DNA of 64,000 nucleotides from Eledone cirrhosa (taxonomy: Eukaryota). The notes under the pieces are model-generated. The model saw only the letters and a list, made by a program, of their open reading frames with translations, searched no databases and was not told where the DNA came from. Numbering within the stretch: the first letter of the stretch is position 1; the number at the start of each line of letters is the position of its first letter. This document shows, piece by piece, positions 58,398-64,000 of this stretch. The position numbers were made by a program, and so were the translations under genes. The stretch is taken from assembly GCA_964016885.1 (NCBI GenBank), contig OZ024742.1:99634001-99698000 (forward strand), given 5' to 3'.

Positions 58398-58944
58398 TAC
58401 GAGGAGGCTTCAAAATGTTCGTGGAAAAAGTACATGACTAAAGATCATATGCAGGGATTTTGCTCTCAATGCACTTTTACGTACTCGTACTAACGTGTCA
58501 TAAGATGTTCTAAGATGAGGCCTTAAATGCATGTTGCAACTCGGTGCCGCCAGTCGGTGGTCAGCAGCCACTCGAGCAACATGGCCTCCATCAAAACTTC
58601 AAATTTATGGTTAAGCTAGGGTGAAAGAGCAGCGAAATCATTGACGCTCTGGAAATGGGGACAATGCCCCAATGAAATCAACAACATGCAAATGTACAAG
58701 TCCTTTTAGAAGTGGAAGAGTTGAGGTTGAAGATGATCCCCAGTTAAATATGTAAAAAAAAGATGCTTTGACATGGTTTAAATTGCATGAGCCTCAGTGT
58801 TGCAGAGACGCACTTAAAAGCTGGTAACAATGCTTGCAGAAGTATATATACCTAGATGGACCATATGTTGAAATATAAACATTATAACTTAAACCGTTTT
58901 CTCCAACTGCTCTTCGTCCACGAACGTTTTGAAGCCCCCTTGTA
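58398..58944 (+). mobile_element. Internally deleted mariner-type transposon
   Basis: TIRs TACGAGGAGGCTTCAAAATGTTCGTGGA and TCCACGAACGTTTTGAAGCCCCCTTGTA; remnants KLG*KSSEIIDAL, FRSGRVEVEDDP, DGPYVE. Confidence 0.85.
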
Positions 58945-58949
58945 TATAC

Positions 58950-59470
58950 TGTATAAACTGATATATCTTACTAAAAGACAAGAAAATGAAAAACATCTTA
59001 CAAAAACACTCAACCGCATAAAGTTAACGACAACCCCAAAATCACTAAAGAAGATACTAACAAATGCAAAGCTGCAAATCTTTATTGATGAACCTGAAGT
59101 GAAGAGGTGCAAACGATCTCACTGTGGATTATACAACTTTCTGTTAGAACGCAACGAATTGAATTTCAAAGACGCCCCCAATCTTTAAAATGTAAAATGA
59201 CACTTCTTGTATGCCAAAATATCTGATATACATTATAATGTGTATATTGGACAAATAGACAATTCACTCCTCAGACAAATGACAGTTCATCTTCAACAAA
59301 CAAGGAATGTACAGAAAATCCCTCTAAGCCATCATATAGAGGGATGTGTAGGATGAATTTTGCAAATTGTCGATATCTTTCATTCTACCAGTTTAGTGAA
59401 CATATTACCCAGGAAAAATGGATTAGTTGGGAAAGTTTTTCCAAAGTATATTCAAACCAAAACACAATAT
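58950..59470 (+). mobile_element. Degenerate PLE GIY-YIG region
   Basis: PKSLKKILTNAK...KRCKRSHCG, homologous to PKSIKNILTQAK...TKCGRPNCG at 22.5 kb; YIGQ remnant at about 59243. Confidence 0.75.
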
Positions 59471-59473
59471 TTT

Positions 59474-60340
<867 letters not shown>

Positions 60341-60684
60341 AAAACATAATCAAAACTGAATTATGCCTCTTGTAATGAACCATATTCTCCTCCATATAAG
60401 CAACAAAGATAAAACCAGTTGCGTCCCTTGTATTTAGCAACAACGCAGGTGACCAACCACGTGAGAGAAACATAAGTGAAAATATGTTTTCGAAATGCTG
60501 TAAGCCCAACTGAATCCACTAACAGTAAGTAAATATATAAATAATCATATAATTACTTCGTAGATTAATGCCAAAACCTTCTAAATAACCAAAAGGTCAG
60601 TCAGTGCATTTTTCAAACATTAACTTTATTTTTTTACACAGACATAGACACACACACACGCACACACACGCACACACATTGGGA

Positions 60685-61320
60685 CGGTAAACTCCCCCAG
60701 TTGCAGACTGTGCATCTACATGAGATATTTTTCTCCACAAAGTTCGATCACCAACAGCTAAGTCTAAAGAGCAAAGATCAAGTCCAGTATATAAGTTGAC
60801 ATTATCAAGCCATCGTTTTGGCTGCCGGACTCTGCTTTTCTTACCCACCAACCTTCCTTCCAGGCATAACCTACTCACCACGAGTTGATCTTTTTATATG
60901 ACAGTATAGTTTAAGTACTTTTGATTTGACAATTGATGTAATTGGTCTAAGTTTGGTAATGTTGAGCAGCTCACTGATACAGATACGGTCGCTGAGCCGC
61001 TTGCTAGTCATAAGTCTCATGATGTGGTTCTGGAATGTAGAGAGTTTCTGAAGTGACCTTGTCGTCCAATTAACACAGTCAAGACCATATAACACAACTG
61101 GTAGGATGTAAGTATCAAAGATCTTAGCCTTCAAATGATAGTAAATGCGTTTTGATGTTAGTATTTCCTTGTTCTTGTTGAAAGCTGCTCAATCTAGAGC
61201 GATGTGATACTGCGCTGCAACCATTCCATTGTTGTTTGATGATAGTTTGTGACCGAGATATACAAACTCCGTAACTTGAGCAATTTGCAGGTTGTATATT
61301 GTGAATTGGTGATTGCCAAT
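60685..61320 (-). mobile_element. RTE-like LINE 3' fragment
   Basis: KIFDTYILPVVLYGLDC...FQNHIMRLMT; EGRLVGKKSRVRQPKRWLDNV...DRTLWRKI. Confidence 0.85.
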
Positions 61321-62435
61321 CTCCAACTATATATATATATACATACACGTGTATATATGTCCATATATGTGTGTGCGAGTGTGTGTAAGTGTAATATACT
61401 CGCGTACGCGCAAACCCTCACACGCATACACACATACACACATACATAAACAAAAGCCAATGTTCAGATATCTGACCTTAAGCTGTAGGATGGATATGAC
61501 TAAAATTATTAATGAAATACCTTAGGTATGCTTAAAACCCACAAAATATGCAAATATCACTCTTTGGCTAGCTTTTTCTGAAATAATATCAAATAAAAGA
61601 AATATAAGTTTTATAAAAAGTTAGTTGAAATTCTGTTGTTTGTCCTATGTTTTTGCGTCATGTTTGTTTCTTTGTATATTTGTCGGCTCCTGCATCGTCG
61701 CATACACGCCACGTTGTCGACACATACGAGAGGGAAGACTGCTCAAAGCTACAGCGATGAGTAGTTGTTTACGTTCTTGCTTCAATCTCCTAAATAAATG
61801 TCAAATACCTAAGACAACATTTAACTATGAATGGACCAACAAATTTAAATTTATTGCTCAAAGCAGAAATAACATTCATATTTTTTAAGCACTATGCTGT
61901 TGTGGCGTTGAAATTGGCTGTAAAAGAAAAAGTGCAGTTCAACTACACGCAATTACAGATAAACATGAAGAAATTAACATTCATATTTCTGGTACATGAT
62001 CGCTGTCATCATTTTTCTCACCATCTCGATCAATTCAGGTTGACAAAATCTTGGCTACAGAACTGTGTAAAATATATTGTATAGTGTGAAGCATCATCTG
62101 TTATGGTGACTGTGGAAAAGAAATGTCGACAAATAATTATTCCGTGAGGCATTCATTGTCAGAAATGTAACATAATAGAAAACCAAACCAAAATCTGAGT
62201 TAAAATATTTCAAAGTCGTTATCTGTACAAATGGATGAGTATCAATGTTCTCGTGCTTCAGTATTGTCTGTGAACAATTGAATATTGTGACTACAGAAAA
62301 CAAAATACTTTTTCAAAGGAATTTGCTTTATCTCCAAAGCATTCCTACATTGCCTCGAAAACTTCCCCTCCTCCTCCTCACTAAACTCTCAAAATAATGT
62401 TTTAGAACTTACAAACAACTAAGTATTATTTCAAT

Positions 62436-62619
62436 TGGTGGATTGGCAGTATCGGTAGAGGGTCGGACGCCATGCTTTGACGCATAGAGTTACGGCCCTT
62501 GCCATTCTGAGTTCAAATCCCGCCGAGGTTAACTTTGCCTTTCATCCTTACGGGGTCGATAAAATAAAGTACCAGTAATACACTGGGTAATTGCTGGCTT
62601 TGTGCCAAAAGTAGAAACA
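62436..62619 (+). mobile_element. Full-length tRNA-derived SINE with 11-bp TSD
   Basis: ATTATTTCAAT at 62425 and 62620; nearly identical to 32990-33163. Confidence 0.9.
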
Positions 62620-63139
62620 ATTATTTCAATAAATAACAAAATGGAGATGCTTCTAGTCAGAATATTGCGTACCACAATCCATGAATCCATGAATTCACAA
62701 CATGTTTAATACTGTGCTGCCCTTTTAGCTAAAACATTGAAATAGTTGTAAACAATAAATAAGTTATTTTCAACATTGCATTCCAACTTTTCTGTAATAA
62801 ATCTTTTTGCATCGTGAAAAATGTGGGCTAGTCGATTTGCAGCAATAATGTTTTTTGCAGCGATCTTTTTACAAACTGAATTGTGTATTCCTCAGTTTAC
62901 ACTTCCAATGTCAGTAGTGTATACAAACACTTTATTTTGATCCAGACCTGATGTCTCTAGTTTAGTTAGAAGCTGATTTGTTGTTTCCTCTGATGATTCA
63001 TTGTTATCGCTGTAAATGTCAAGTTAACACATTTTACCTTCCCATCTCAAAATGGAAAATATCCCTCAAGTATTGGAAAACACTTCTGTTACAACATTGT
63101 TTGAAGAACCTGTTGATTTTCTCTCATTTTGATGTTCTT

Positions 63140-63740
63140 GATACTGCTGTTTATGATTATTATAACGATGATAACGATAAGATGATGTTGATATTAACAA
63201 TAGTGAATATGTTGACAGTGATGATGATGATGATGATGAAAATGATGCCAATGATGATGATGATGATGATAACGACGGCGGCGATGACGATGTTGAGGAT
63301 GATGATGATGATGGTGGTGGTGGTGGTGGTGATAATGTTCATACTGATAAGGGTGATGATGCTGATAATGAAAATGAAGAGAATGCTGATGTTTTTGATT
63401 CTACAGCAACTGTTGCTGCTGCAAACGCCAATGCAGCGGCTGTTGTTGCTATTGCTGATGATGATGTTAATGAGGGGGTTGGTGTTGCTACTAATGTTAC
63501 TATTGATGATATCAATAAAGATATCAATGATGTGGCGTTTATGATGTTGGTATTAAAAATGATATGGATGGCGATGATAAAGATGTTAATAATGATGGCA
63601 GTGATTGTGATGATGATGATGATGATGATGATGATAATGGTGGTGGTGGTAGTGGTGGTGGTGATGGTGGTGGTGATGCGGAGGAGGAGGGGGAGGGGAG
63701 GAGGAGGATTATGATGAGGACGGTTAATAATGTTGATATT
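63140..63740. repeat. (GAT)n/(GGT)n/(GCT)n microsatellite field
   Basis: Direct inspection. Confidence 0.9.
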
Positions 63741-64000
63741 AATATAATTATTTTTCCGGACATATATTTATATTTACCCAAGGCCTCGATCAATTCCTAC
63801 ACTAAACATCACCAAGTGTCTTATTACTGAAGAGCAACATCCCTACCAAACCAGAACCGTTATTTCGAAACAACACCTATTAGCTCCCTTATCCAGTAAG
63901 CCACAATTGGCGCCATTGACGGACGAATCACTGGATAGTTATATATATTCGTCAAAATTACATTCGGTTATGATCGGAGACGGAATAGATCGAAACATTG

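Noticed and set aside
62978-63830. Met/Asp/Gly-rich ORFs
   Set aside because: Trinucleotide microsatellite translations

Overview
AT-rich, repeat-dense animal intergenic or intronic DNA. The SINE families and (TA)n/(CA)n density suggest an octopus or other cephalopod, which is an inference. No host gene or exon is supportable; almost all listed ORFs are microsatellite translations or antisense shadows of retroelements. The window holds an apparently intact R4/Dong-clade non-LTR retrotransposon ORF running off the left edge, three 3' fragments of R4/Dong-type elements in (TTA)n arrays, Tx1/L1-, RTE- and CR1-like fragments, about 12 tRNA-derived SINE copies, a mariner remnant, nested hAT elements, and several Penelope-like elements (PLEs, RT + GIY-YIG). 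The main result of the hunt: between about 18 and 60 kb the short unique islands between (TA)n tracts are not random. They carry about 18 type I hammerhead ribozyme (HHR) motifs from more than 12 unrelated sequence families, including minimal palindromic-stem-III forms, U3-A8 compensatory core variants and one full-size canonical HHR. These sit in fold-back palindromes, partial inverted repeats, or direct-repeat units of 320-457 bp that resemble retrozymes.
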